From: Candidatus Latescibacterota bacterium
GTDB lineage: Bacteria; Latescibacterota; UBA2968
NCBI GenBank assembly: GCA_965208125.1
Contig: OZ242320.1
Span: forward strand, 1,408,001-1,472,000
Length of the DNA stretch: 64,000 nt
Direction of reading: 5' to 3'
Shown here: positions 28,642-38,443 of the stretch, piece after piece
How the letters are laid out: each line of letters begins with the position of its first letter
Numbering within the stretch: the first letter of the stretch is position 1
The notes under the pieces: generated by a model
What the model was told of the DNA's origin: nothing
Seen by the model: only the letters and a program-made list of their open reading frames with translations
Databases searched by the model: none
Translations under genes and position numbers: made by a program

Positions 28642-28757
28642 AAAAACAATATACTCGCACGACAGCCGCTCCGTCAAGGTTATAGAAAAAACCTCGCATA
28701 AACAAAACAGTTAGGTTAAGTTAAAACACATATTTTGAGTGGAGAAGACAGGTCGTT

Positions 28758-29183
28758 ATGAAACGGATCGCAATTATATTTTTCGGATTACTCTTGAGTA
28801 CCTGTGGCACAGAATCGCCCACATCGCCACAGGCAGTGACGGGAATTTACACATTGCAGGCGGTTAAAATTGATTCGGGTCGCGGACGCGCTCTGGTCTA
28901 TCGGAATCGCGAAGCAGAAGAAAATCCGCCCACTGGATTTATCGAATTAAACCCGGACAGAACCTATCGCTTATTCGCGAGCTTTGGCAGTCCGGATCGG
29001 AGTGTTTGGGAGATAGATGGGAATTACGCTGTAAATTCAAAATTTGAAATCACATTTTCCACTCCAGGAAGAAATTTTTCGGGTTTCTTCTACGACAACC
29101 AGAGTCGGATTGCCGTAACAGAATCGCTATCTGGTTCTATTGTACTCCTGGTATTTGAAAGAGATCTGGGGACGTTATCTTAA
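28758..29183 (+). CDS. Hypothetical lipoprotein (lipocalin-like beta structure possible)
   Basis: MKR, hydrophobic stretch, LSTC-G lipobox-like; G.Y.L strand. Confidence 0.65.
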   Translation: MKRIAIIFFGLLLSTCGTESPTSPQAVTGIYTLQAVKIDSGRGRALVYRNREAEENPPTGFIELNPDRTYRLFASFGSPDRSVWEIDGNYAVNSKFEITFSTPGRNFSGFFYDNQSRIAVTESLSGSIVLLVFERDLGTLS

Positions 29184-29192
29184 ACCTCTCTA

Positions 29193-30119
29193 TTACACGC
29201 CCAGCACCATCTGCAACAGTGCCATCCGAATAAAAACACCATTGTGTGCCTGGCGAAAATACGCAGCGCGGGGATCTGTATCAACAGCCGGATCAATCTC
29301 ATCAACCCGGGGAAGAGGATGCATCACAATCGCATTCTCCGAAAGTGCCGACATCGTCTCCACATCGATAATATACTTTCCCCGTGCTCTTTCATAATCT
29401 TGTATCCGATCGCCAAACCGCTCCCGCTGAATCCGCGTCTGATACACCACATCCACCTTCGACATCACACTCATCAAATCTTCTTCTTCCTCAAACACCA
29501 CCCCGTGTTGTGTCAGATACGCCTTGATATCATCTCTCATACGCACAACAGCTGGCGCGACAAAATACAACTTCACTCCTTCGTACTTCGTCAACAAATA
29601 AGCCAGTGATCGTGCCGTACGACCATTTGCCAGATCGCCGACCAATGCCACGTGAATACCATCTAACCTGCCGATCTCCTTCTGAATCGTGTACACATCC
29701 AAAAGTGCCTGCGTGGGATGTTGCCCAGGCCCGTCACCCGCATTGATAATAGGAATCGACGCCGCATCTGCTGCTCGCCGCGCAGAGCCGCTCTCGTAGT
29801 GCCGCAACACAATCACATCGGAATACCCCTCTACAATCCGGATCGTATCCTCCAGCGTCTCACCCTTTGCCGCCGAAGAAAACTCCTGCGCGCTCTCCGT
29901 AGTAATCACCTCGCCGCCCAGACGATACATCGCCGCTTCAAAAGACAACCGCGTGCGCGTACTCGGTTCGTAAAACAAAGTCGCCATAATCCGCCGATTC
30001 AAAATATTCGAACCATAACGGCTGACCACATGCTCCATCTCACGCGTCACATTAAAAATCTCATTCATGACATCTCGACTAAATTGCTGCGCCTCAAGCA
30101 CGTGAAACAGACTATCCAT
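29193..30119 (-). CDS. pyrB: Aspartate carbamoyltransferase catalytic subunit
   Basis: FYEPSTRTRLSFE, KGETLEDT, NAGDG..QHPTQ, YQTRIQRER, MHPLPRVDEI. Confidence 0.98.
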   Translation of the reverse strand: MDSLFHVLEAQQFSRDVMNEIFNVTREMEHVVSRYGSNILNRRIMATLFYEPSTRTRLSFEAAMYRLGGEVITTESAQEFSSAAKGETLEDTIRIVEGYSDVIVLRHYESGSARRAADAASIPIINAGDGPGQHPTQALLDVYTIQKEIGRLDGIHVALVGDLANGRTARSLAYLLTKYEGVKLYFVAPAVVRMRDDIKAYLTQHGVVFEEEEDLMSVMSKVDVVYQTRIQRERFGDRIQDYERARGKYIIDVETMSALSENAIVMHPLPRVDEIDPAVDTDPRAAYFRQAHNGVFIRMALLQMVLGV

Positions 30120-30122
30120 TTC

Positions 30123-30200
30123 CTACCCCCTTGAGTAAAAAAAAACGCCCCCTTGTGAGGGAGCGTTTGTATTCAACCTATTTATTTTGCCAGTCGTCAT
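30123..30200 (-). CDS. Putative pyrB leader peptide MTTGKINRLNTNAPSQGGVFFYSRG
   Basis: 26-codon ORF that starts at the predicted TSS, crosses the leader terminator and stops 3 nt before the pyrB ATG. Confidence 0.45.
   Translation of the reverse strand: MTTGKINRLNTNAPSQGGVFFYSRG
30137..30168 (-). terminator. Attenuator-type intrinsic terminator in the pyrB leader
   Basis: AAACGCTCCCT-CACA-AGGGGGCG followed by U9, between the promoter and pyrB. Confidence 0.75.
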
Positions 30201-30208
30201 CTGCCCAA

Positions 30209-30237
30209 AATATAGGCGAGAACATTGGCTTTTGCAA
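30209..30237 (-). promoter_or_regulatory. Sigma70-type pyrB promoter
   Basis: TTGCAA-N17-TATATT. Confidence 0.6.
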
Positions 30238-30268
30238 GAGGAAAAAACGCGTGAAAATTGACCACAAG

Positions 30269-30297
30269 TTGACACAAACCCAAAATCAGGGTATCAT
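30269..30297 (+). promoter_or_regulatory. Sigma70-type glyQS promoter
   Basis: TTGACA-N17-TATCAT. Confidence 0.7.
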
Positions 30298-30311
30298 TTG
30301 ACCTCTGATTC

Positions 30312-30383
30312 GGGACGGCACGGGGGCCGTCCCCTACACGGACACGATCATTGCATGTAGGGGCGGTGCCCCTGTGCCCGCCC
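30312..30383. repeat. Inverted pair of GTAG-type REPs (REPIN-like) in the glyQS 5' region
   Basis: GGGACGGC...GCCGTCCCCTAC, 19-nt spacer, GTAGGGGCGG...CCGCCC. Confidence 0.75.
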
Positions 30384-30430
30384 GCTACCCTTTGACCGCT
30401 GACCACGATCCACCAACCGAGGAACCAACC

Positions 30431-33412
30431 GTGAGCAACCACCTGCACTTTCAAGACCTGATCATGCGCCTCGAGCGCTTCTGGGCCGACAACGGCTGTA
30501 TAATCTGGCAACCCTACAGCGAAAAAGTAGGCGCAGGCACCATGAACGCGGCCACTGTATTGCGCGTCCTTGGACCCGAACCGTGGAACGTTGCCTATGT
30601 TGAACCCTCCTATCGCCCCGACGATGGGCGCTTTGGTGAAAACCCCAATCGCATGCAAATGCACACCCAGTATCAGGTCATCCTCAAACCCGACCCCGGC
30701 AACCCGCAGGAACTGTATCTCAAAAGCCTCGGAGCACTGGGACTCGATTGCAAAGCACACGACATCCGCTTTGTCGAAGACAATTGGGAATCCCCCGCTC
30801 TGGGTGCCTGGGGTCTCGGCTGGGAAGTGTGGTTAGACGGCATGGAAATCACGCAATTTACCTATTTCCAGCAGGCAGGCGGCATGCAACTCGACCCCGT
30901 TGCCGTCGAAATCACCTACGGTCTTGAACGCATTGCCATGTACCTTCAAGGCGTGGATGAAGTCTGGCAATTGCAGTGGAATGACACGGTAACTTATGGC
31001 GACATCCTCAAAAAACAAGAAATAGAATACTGCAACTACGAATTCTACTGGGCCGACGTCAACCGCCTCAAATCCATGTACGACATCTTTATAGCCGAAG
31101 CACAGGCAGCCCTCGACTGCGACCTCGTCATTCCCGCACACGACTACGTCATTCGCTGCTCGCACACCTTTAATCTGCTCGACACGCGCGGTGCCATTGG
31201 CGTAACTGAACGCGCCCGTTTTTTTGCTCAAATGCGCGACCTCTCGCGCCAAATAGCCGAAGCCTATGTCAAACAGCGCGAAGACCAGGGACATCCCCTC
31301 ATCAAACCATTAAAGGACGAATCCCCACTGGTATCCAAACCCGAAGATCCGCCCGAATTAAACGCCGCCGATCTCCTGCTCGAAATCGGCTCTGAAGAAC
31401 TGCCACCTGCCGATGTCGTCAGCGCCATAGCACAACTCGAAAAACTGCTACCCGAACACCTCGACGAAGCAAATCTCACGTACGACAGCATCGAAGTCAG
31501 CGGCACGCCGCGCAGACAATATGCCATCGTCAAAAATCTGCTGGGACGGCAACCCGATGAAATCAAACAAGCGCGCGGACCAGCCATCCGCATCGCCTAC
31601 GACAATGACGGCAACCCCACCCGAGCACTTCAGGGATTCGCCCGCGGACAGGGCATTGATCCATCAGCAGTGGAACAGCGCGACGACTACGTCTGGGCGG
31701 GTATCACCATTTACGGGCGCAAAACCCAGGAAATCCTCTCTGAACTGCTGCCCGAACTCATCGCCAAACTCAGCTTTGGCAAAACCATGCGCTGGGATTC
31801 CAATGGAATCGCATATCCGCGTCCCCTCCGCTGGATTGTCGCCCTCTTTGGTGACCAAATCATCCCATTCACTTATGCGCGCGCAACAGCAGGACGCACG
31901 AGCCGCGGACTGCGCCCCAATGCCTCGCCAGAAATCGAAATCGCTTCTGCTTCTGACTATCGCGCGCAAATGCAAAAACACGGCATCGTAATCAACCGCG
32001 ACCAGCGGCGGGAAACCATCAAACAGCAAGTCGAAGCACTCGCCCGAGAAATCGACGGCAACGTGCCCGATGATCCCGACCTGCTCGACGAAGTCACCGA
32101 CCTCGTCGAAGCCCCGCACGCGCTTTGCGGCACCTTTGAAAGCGCACGCCTTTCCCTACCCCGCGAAATGCTCGTCGCCGTCATGAAAAAACACCAGCGA
32201 TATTTCCCGGTGCTCGACAAAAAAGGCGACCTCAAACCCAACTTCATCACCGTGTGCAATGGGCTACCCGACGACTCCGACCTCGTCATCAAAGGCAATG
32301 AAAACGTCATACGCGCCCGATATGCCGACGCCAGATTCTTTTACGAAGACGACACAACCAAAAAACTCGACGCCTTTCTCACGCGCCTGGACACCCTCAC
32401 CTTTCAAGAAAAACTCGGCTCTATGCGCGACAAAACCCGCCGCGTTGAAAAACTCGTCGGCGACTTATCTGCCGCGCTTGGGCTTCGTGAAAAAAATAAA
32501 AAAACGGCTCTGCGCGCAGCCAAATTGTGCAAAGCCGACCTGGCGACCAGCATGGTCGTTGAAATGACCTCTCTGCAAGGCATCATGGGCCGCTACTACG
32601 CCCTGTCTTCCGGTGAAACAGAAGCCGTTGCCCGCGCCATTGAAGACCATTACCATCCGCGCTTCCCGGGCGACTCCCTGCCCCAAACACAACCCGGTCT
32701 CGCCGTCTCAATAGCCGACCGCCTCGACAGCCTCGCCGGTCTTTTTGGCGTGGGCATCAAACCCCGCTCAAATGCCGACCCCTATGGTCTCAGGCGCGAT
32801 ACCCTGGGCCTGCTTTCAAATCTCCTCGGTCACAAAATGCATTTTTCACTGCGCCATGGCCTCAATGCAGCCGCCAATCACTTGCCCGTTGTGGTGAAAC
32901 GGGAAGCCCTCGACGAAGCCTTTGACTACATCATCCGCCGCCTCGAAGTCGTTCTTCGAGACGAGGGCCTGCGCCACGACGCAATTTCCGCTGCAGTTGC
33001 TGCGAATTTGGATGATCCCTATCAAATCCAGCGAATCGCCCGGGCATTTACCTCGCAAATTCATTCCGATCAATGGCTCGATATCCTCCATGCCCATGCG
33101 CGGTGCAAACGCATTGTGCGCGACCTCTCGGAACACTACGACCTCAACCCCGACCGCGACCCCGAAGAAGCCTCCAATACACTGCACAAAGCCTATCTCG
33201 TCGCGCGCAAAACAATGGACACAGCCGACGACAAACTCACCGCCCTGATCCAGGTCATAGCCGAATTGCGCGACCCCATCAACCGCTTCTTCGAAGACGT
33301 GCTCATCATGGTCGATGACCCCGACCTCAAGCAATCGCGCCTCGCCCTTGCCCAACACATCGCCGCCTTGCCCGACGGCATTGCAGACCTGAGCCAGTTT
33401 GAGGGATTTTAA
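30431..33412 (+). CDS. glyQS: Glycine-tRNA ligase, fused alpha and beta subunits
   Basis: Alpha motifs ([32 protein letters not shown]) are in frame with beta motifs ([31 protein letters not shown]). GTG start. Confidence 0.96.
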   Translation: MSNHLHFQDLIMRLERFWADNGCIIWQPYSEKVGAGTMNAATVLRVLGPEPWNVAYVEPSYRPDDGRFGENPNRMQMHTQYQVILKPDPGNPQELYLKSLGALGLDCKAHDIRFVEDNWESPALGAWGLGWEVWLDGMEITQFTYFQQAGGMQLDPVAVEITYGLERIAMYLQGVDEVWQLQWNDTVTYGDILKKQEIEYCNYEFYWADVNRLKSMYDIFIAEAQAALDCDLVIPAHDYVIRCSHTFNLLDTRGAIGVTERARFFAQMRDLSRQIAEAYVKQREDQGHPLIKPLKDESPLVSKPEDPPELNAADLLLEIGSEELPPADVVSAIAQLEKLLPEHLDEANLTYDSIEVSGTPRRQYAIVKNLLGRQPDEIKQARGPAIRIAYDNDGNPTRALQGFARGQGIDPSAVEQRDDYVWAGITIYGRKTQEILSELLPELIAKLSFGKTMRWDSNGIAYPRPLRWIVALFGDQIIPFTYARATAGRTSRGLRPNASPEIEIASASDYRAQMQKHGIVINRDQRRETIKQQVEALAREIDGNVPDDPDLLDEVTDLVEAPHALCGTFESARLSLPREMLVAVMKKHQRYFPVLDKKGDLKPNFITVCNGLPDDSDLVIKGNENVIRARYADARFFYEDDTTKKLDAFLTRLDTLTFQEKLGSMRDKTRRVEKLVGDLSAALGLREKNKKTALRAAKLCKADLATSMVVEMTSLQGIMGRYYALSSGETEAVARAIEDHYHPRFPGDSLPQTQPGLAVSIADRLDSLAGLFGVGIKPRSNADPYGLRRDTLGLLSNLLGHKMHFSLRHGLNAAANHLPVVVKREALDEAFDYIIRRLEVVLRDEGLRHDAISAAVAANLDDPYQIQRIARAFTSQIHSDQWLDILHAHARCKRIVRDLSEHYDLNPDRDPEEASNTLHKAYLVARKTMDTADDKLTALIQVIAELRDPINRFFEDVLIMVDDPDLKQSRLALAQHIAALPDGIADLSQFEGF

Positions 33413-33417
33413 ACGAG

Positions 33418-34737
33418 TCAAAGCGTTATTTTGGTCTGAATATTCAAAATCCGTTCGCGTCGAAATCCGCCGAAACCATCTGGCAAATAAGTAAATTCGG
33501 CCTCCATTATCACCACCGTATTCTTTACGGGTTCCAGCGCGACCACATATCCAAATCGCGTATTGGGCGTGCCATCGAACAAGCTTTTCAGGCTGATGTT
33601 CCGAAAGCGCTTCTCAAAATACCCCTCTGCCCGTGTCACTTTTTTTATTTTGGGCATCTGTTTCAAAAATTCTGGTATCATACCCGCGCGACCTTCCACA
33701 ATCTGTGCAACGTCGCCATCTCCGCGCAAGTGCTGATAGGACCCACTTGCCACAAAAATGCCGTAAAATCTCACAAGAGCACTGCCAAACACCCCTTGCA
33801 TTGACGCAGGCTGCAATGTAGCTTCGCGCGTGGTAATAGCCCCCGTACGCGGATCGACAAGTGCGCGATTAACATCGTAAAGCGCGTCAAAATGCCCGGC
33901 CTGAAACCGACCGTTCACCCAGCGATACTCCGCCTGCAATCGCGCCGGCCCCACATCAACCATCACACCGGGCAAAGCGAGACCCGTGCCACTATCCTCA
34001 TCCAAAATTCGCCCAGCAGCCGCATACAGCCGCGCCCTTAGATGCCTCCTATCGATAAAGGGATAGCCCACATCAACACTCGCAGATGCAAACGCATCTC
34101 GCGGCAGGTCTGCGCGAATTGAATCGGGCAGACCGCTGAGTTGATCCGCATCTACAACCGCGGTGACGCCCATATCCAATAGCGGAACGGGTTGAAATTC
34201 GACGCGCCCCCCAAAAACCGGTCCACCGCCTTCTAAATCCAACAAATTGCCGATCACGGCGCGTACTGTCAAACGCCTGAAAATATGGCGAATTCTCATG
34301 TCCAAACCCGCGCGTTTTATTCCCGGCGAACCGTGCGTATTGCGATAGTTGCGCATCACCAGCCCTGTGCCCAATGTCACCCATTCTAAAGCACCGACGT
34401 ACAGAGACAACCGCCGATTGCGATCATCGATATCCCCATAGCGCACGTAGTGAATTTTTCGCAACAGGCTCTCCACACCGCTTCGGCGGCTCGAAAAATC
34501 CCAGCCACTGTCCCGAATACGCCCCTCGTGATCTAAAAAAATCTCCAGATCAAAAGCCGCAGATAAGTCCCCAATGCGTATGCGAGGCTGTATATTATAG
34601 CGTTGCCTCTGCTCCTGCTCAACCGTTACAGATCCCAGTATCGCAGACAAGTCCCAGGGAATTCCTATTGCATCTGCTGAAACACCTTCAAAAATCAGCC
34701 CCCAAAACGCGACAATCCAACAAAATCGATACCGCAT
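33418..34737 (-). CDS. Hypothetical secreted protein, probable outer-membrane beta-barrel
   Basis: Signal peptide, many alternating beta segments, YVRYG and TLG.GL.M..Y.N motifs, terminal strand LNIQTKITL; GGAGG RBS. Confidence 0.65.
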   Translation of the reverse strand: MRYRFCWIVAFWGLIFEGVSADAIGIPWDLSAILGSVTVEQEQRQRYNIQPRIRIGDLSAAFDLEIFLDHEGRIRDSGWDFSSRRSGVESLLRKIHYVRYGDIDDRNRRLSLYVGALEWVTLGTGLVMRNYRNTHGSPGIKRAGLDMRIRHIFRRLTVRAVIGNLLDLEGGGPVFGGRVEFQPVPLLDMGVTAVVDADQLSGLPDSIRADLPRDAFASASVDVGYPFIDRRHLRARLYAAAGRILDEDSGTGLALPGVMVDVGPARLQAEYRWVNGRFQAGHFDALYDVNRALVDPRTGAITTREATLQPASMQGVFGSALVRFYGIFVASGSYQHLRGDGDVAQIVEGRAGMIPEFLKQMPKIKKVTRAEGYFEKRFRNISLKSLFDGTPNTRFGYVVALEPVKNTVVIMEAEFTYLPDGFGGFRRERILNIQTKITL

Positions 34738-34831
34738 AAAATCGCCTCCAAATGGTTTAGATCCTCTTTTGTTCATTGCCTCAACATAAGACCCTTCTTT
34801 TTTTTTCGTCAAGTACAGAATCGCAAAAAGC

Positions 34832-34858
34832 GGAACCACCTTATCAGTCAGGCGTTAT
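34832..34858 (+). promoter_or_regulatory. Putative ECF-sigma promoter upstream of GWxTD gene 1
   Basis: GGAAC-N16-CGTTAT; a sigma70-type TTGACA-N17-TATTTT follows at 34900-34928. Confidence 0.55.
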
Positions 34859-34981
34859 CAACATAGTCTCACGCACGAGGTTGAAGTGATTGGAACCTAT
34901 TGACAAAGACATTTCCTTACAATATTTTAACAAATACTAAAAACACATTTGGTCCTCCGACTTTTCCATCGGGAGAATACC

Positions 34982-37462
34982 ATGAAAATTGGATTGTGGT
35001 TCTGGATGGTTATCTGCTGTACCTCTTGCATCGCGCTACCTCTTCTTGCAGAAGAAGATGAAACGCCTCAACAAGACAAAGCCTACCGAAATACGATGTT
35101 TGCCCTGGGCCAGCGTCAGATTCAAGCGGGTGAAATCAACGAGGCTATGGCGACCCTGCAACGCATTTTAGAACTTTTTCCCGAAGACGCCCATGTGTAT
35201 TCTCAACTGGGTTATATCTATCTCAAACGGAAAGAATTCAAAGAAGCCGAAGGTGCCTTCAAAACAGCCAAAAAATTCGACAAAAGCCTCGTCGAAGCCT
35301 ATGTTGGGCTTGGCCTTACGTATGCCGAAGCACCCACGCGGGGAATGCAATCTTATTACAATTTCCGCAGAGCCATCAGAGAAGCCAAGCGCGCCACCAA
35401 ACTCGATCCCGACTACGGTCCGGCCTATCGCTTGCTCGGCGAAGTCTATGAGCGATTTCAAGAAGACCACAACAAGGCCATGCAGTATTATCAGAAATAC
35501 GTCGAACTCGAACCCGATAATCCCGAGGGCCTTTATTATTTTAGTTTAGCCTGTGTACAGGCCAAAGCATTTGACAAAATTCGCGAACACATTGCCCCCT
35601 ATCTCTCGGCAAATCCCAACGTCATTCAACTCTTGCCCATTGTTGCACAGGGTCATTTTTACAACGACGAAACGCAAAAAGCCCTCGAACTCTTCGAGCG
35701 TTATCTCGCCAACACCGAAGGCAGTGAACGCGCACACTACACCGATATTTCCTACGTTGCCTCAGATACAGAACTCCAGGAATACCGCGCCGCCACACCG
35801 GGACCCGAACAACAGGCATATCGCGAGCAATTCTGGGCACGGCGCGATCCCGACATTCTCACCAAACTCAACGAGCGCGTCATCGAACACTACCGCCGCA
35901 CCTGGTATGCGCGCACCTATTTTTCATCCAATGTCTATCCCTGGGATGAGCGAGGTGCTGTTTATATCCGATATGGCGAACCCGATTATCGCTCGCGCTC
36001 CAATGATCGCAACTTTGTCCAAACCGCCGACGTAGAGCGCGTACGCACGCAGATGGCCGTTGACATCTACGGTCCCGAAGCGGCCTTTTTCACCTTCACA
36101 GGTCCCGTCTTCCCCATTCGCACCGGTCTCGAAACAGGCTCCCTCTTCGAACCAAGCGACCCTTCTGAACAGATCGACGAGAGTTTTACGTCCGAGGAAG
36201 CCGGCGAAGCTGTCGATGAAACTATGAGCGACCTTGCCGAGGCCGAAGGCGGTGAGGCTGTGGACTTCAGGCTCGGTTTTGCGCGCGATCCATTTGAGCG
36301 CGATGGCACTATCGAAAGCGTCCTCGATGAGCAAACGGGACAGCTCAACACCCGCTTGCAGTTTGGCCGCTATTCGCCTGTTACCATTGGCAGTGAAATC
36401 GATACCGTGCCCTGGGAAACCTGGACCTATATTCAGATCAATGGGGGCATAGAGATTACATTCACCGACGAATGGGGCAATGGACGCTATGACTTTGCCC
36501 CACTGCCCGAAGCCACAACCGAAGATCCCGACGCCATCGCGTATATCGCACGCATGACCGAACACACACCCGAAGTCATCTATCAGCAAGCCGTATCGAC
36601 TTCGCCCGATTTTTATCGCCCTGGACTTCCCGGCGATATACTCAATTTCTACTATGACCTGGCGCACTTTCGCGGTCCAGAAGGACAAACCAATCTCGAG
36701 ATTTATTTCGGCATCCCGCCCGAGCAGGTCGAAATTGAGCAAGAGGCCGATTCGAGTTTCATACACGTACAATTGGCCGTTGCGCTGGCAAATGAGGGTC
36801 ACACATCCATCTATCGCACAACCGATGAGTTCGCGTATCGCGGCGCACAAGTACCCGGCACAACCGAACAAGGTGCTTTTGTGCCTGAAATCATTAAGAC
36901 ACAGGTACCGCCCGGCAAATACGAACTTCAAGTACAAATGAAAGACCTCCTCTCTGGGCGCACTGGACTCTATCGGCAAGAACTCCAGGTCAGAGACTAT
37001 CAAATCCCAGAGCTTCAAGTTAGTGAAATTCAACTGGCTTCGAGTATTGCGGAAGAGGGCGCGACAAAATTTCTAAAAGAAGATGTGTGGATCATTCCCA
37101 TTCCCACGCGCAGTTATGCTATAAAGCAAAATGTCTATGCCTACTTTGAAATCTACAACTTGACCAAAGACACCTTTGGACAAACCCGCTACAAAACCGA
37201 GTACCGCATTCGCTCCAGTGCCATGCCCGCCGTTGGCGTATTTGGCGCAGTGGCCTCGGGGCTGCGCACGATCTTTAGAACCACCAAAGCCCAGGTGGCT
37301 ATATCCAACGAACTCACGGGACGCGAAGCCGACGAGCGCGAATACGTCGAAATCGTACTCAACAAAGTCAAACCCGGCGTCAACGCGCTCGAAGTCATCG
37401 TAACCGATCTGATCAGTGGCCAGAGCGTCGAACGCGAAGTGCGCTTCCGATATGGGAATTAA
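34982..37462 (+). CDS. Secreted TPR-repeat plus GWxTD-domain protein
   Basis: Signal peptide, TPRs, FW.RRDP..T..NE...EHYRR..YA...F...WDERG.VYIRYGEPD, WETW.Y, F.D..G.G.Y, PG.Y.L.V. Confidence 0.88.
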   Translation: MKIGLWFWMVICCTSCIALPLLAEEDETPQQDKAYRNTMFALGQRQIQAGEINEAMATLQRILELFPEDAHVYSQLGYIYLKRKEFKEAEGAFKTAKKFDKSLVEAYVGLGLTYAEAPTRGMQSYYNFRRAIREAKRATKLDPDYGPAYRLLGEVYERFQEDHNKAMQYYQKYVELEPDNPEGLYYFSLACVQAKAFDKIREHIAPYLSANPNVIQLLPIVAQGHFYNDETQKALELFERYLANTEGSERAHYTDISYVASDTELQEYRAATPGPEQQAYREQFWARRDPDILTKLNERVIEHYRRTWYARTYFSSNVYPWDERGAVYIRYGEPDYRSRSNDRNFVQTADVERVRTQMAVDIYGPEAAFFTFTGPVFPIRTGLETGSLFEPSDPSEQIDESFTSEEAGEAVDETMSDLAEAEGGEAVDFRLGFARDPFERDGTIESVLDEQTGQLNTRLQFGRYSPVTIGSEIDTVPWETWTYIQINGGIEITFTDEWGNGRYDFAPLPEATTEDPDAIAYIARMTEHTPEVIYQQAVSTSPDFYRPGLPGDILNFYYDLAHFRGPEGQTNLEIYFGIPPEQVEIEQEADSSFIHVQLAVALANEGHTSIYRTTDEFAYRGAQVPGTTEQGAFVPEIIKTQVPPGKYELQVQMKDLLSGRTGLYRQELQVRDYQIPELQVSEIQLASSIAEEGATKFLKEDVWIIPIPTRSYAIKQNVYAYFEIYNLTKDTFGQTRYKTEYRIRSSAMPAVGVFGAVASGLRTIFRTTKAQVAISNELTGREADEREYVEIVLNKVKPGVNALEVIVTDLISGQSVEREVRFRYGN

Positions 37463-37473
37463 AACACGCTCTT

Positions 37474-38046
37474 ATGCGCATCATTGCTGGGGAATTTAAG
37501 GGCCGCCGCATCCCCTTTAACAACAAAAAGTACGGCAATGCCCGCGTCACATCCGACTTTGTCAAAAAAGCCGTATTCTCTTCCCTTGGCGAAATCCTCT
37601 ACGGCAGTTATTTCCTCGACCTCTTCTCCTGCTCTGGTCAAATCGGCCTCGAAGCCTGTAGCCGTGGTGCGCAGGTGGTCATCAACGAACCCGACCGCCG
37701 CTGCAACCGCTTCATCGCGCAACTCATACACAATTGGCATCTCAATGACCGCATCTATCTTTACGCGCGATCCGCACAAAAACTCCTACCTCAACTCGCA
37801 CATTCAAATGTCCTATTCGACATCATCTACCTCGACCCCCCCTATAACCAGCAATTAGACGGACAACCCATGTCCTGCGCCATACTCACCCGCCTTGCAA
37901 CAACGCCGATACTCGCGCCCAACGCCCGCATCCTCGTCCAACACGCCTCTCGTACAACACTCCCCAAATCCTTTCCCAACCTCGCCCTGTCCCGAGAAAA
38001 AAAATACGGCGACACAACATTGAGCACATACACCCTCACTTTCTAA
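37474..38046 (+). CDS. rsmD: RsmD-family 16S rRNA m2G966 methyltransferase
   Basis: MRIIAGEFKGR, FLDLF..SG.IGLEA.SRGA, DPPY, KKYGDT. Confidence 0.88.
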   Translation: MRIIAGEFKGRRIPFNNKKYGNARVTSDFVKKAVFSSLGEILYGSYFLDLFSCSGQIGLEACSRGAQVVINEPDRRCNRFIAQLIHNWHLNDRIYLYARSAQKLLPQLAHSNVLFDIIYLDPPYNQQLDGQPMSCAILTRLATTPILAPNARILVQHASRTTLPKSFPNLALSREKKYGDTTLSTYTLTF

Positions 38047-38047
38047 C

Positions 38048-38076
38048 TTGCGATCCATCGCCAAAATCACTATGTT
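38048..38076 (+). promoter_or_regulatory. Sigma70-type promoter for the small TGA-containing gene
   Basis: TTGCGA-N17-TATGTT. Confidence 0.5.
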
Positions 38077-38119
38077 TTAACAATTGCAAAAGCCATTATA
38101 CCTGAAGGAGGAATCAGTA

Positions 38120-38395
38120 ATGGACAAACTCAGTTCCGCTGTCGATTTTAGGCCGCGCAGCCGCCAGCTTTACATGGGCGACATGCCCTGGCTCCCGCGC
38201 ATTACAGATAAAGCCCGCGCAAAACTGCGAGGCTGCATCGGTGACTACGTCTATCCGTGACCAGCTGACCGAAAGTTCCTGGAGGAACTCGGAGTTGAAG
38301 CTGAAGAATTTACAAACATCGTCGCATCCAGCCCGACCGATGCCGAAGTCATCGAAAAAGTAAAACCCATCTGGGACAAGTCGCATTCTAAATAA
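38120..38395 (+). CDS. DUF5069-like small protein with in-frame TGA at codon 47; candidate selenoprotein
   Basis: AAGGAGG RBS; MDKLSSAVDFRPRSRQLYMGDMPWLPRITDKARAKLRGCIGDYVYP-TGA-PADRKFLEELGVEAEEFTNIVASSPTDAEVIEKVKPIWDKSHSK. The family-like pattern continues past the TGA. Confidence 0.8.
38258..38299 (+). promoter_or_regulatory. Putative bacterial SECIS element
   Basis: UGA-c-CAGCU-GA-CCG-AA-AGUUCC-[UGGA]-GGAACU-CGG-AGUUG. Apical loop is 19 nt from the UGA, with G at loop position 2. Confidence 0.7.
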
Positions 38396-38396
38396 C

Positions 38397-38429
38397 AAAA
38401 AAGCCGCCACATTGTGTGGCGGCTTTTTT
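38397..38429. terminator. Bidirectional intrinsic terminator
   Basis: A6-GCCGCCACA-TTG-TGTGGCGGC-T6. Confidence 0.9.
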
Positions 38430-38443
38430 ATTGCCATTATAGA

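Noticed and set aside
30298-30430. glyQS leader considered as a T-box
   Set aside because: No AGGGUGGNACCGCG T-box sequence or terminator; the structure is explained by a REP pair.
38114-38437. 107-aa minus-strand ORF given by the track
   Set aside because: It starts inside a terminator with no RBS. The + strand has the RBS, promoter motif, family pattern and SECIS-like hairpin.
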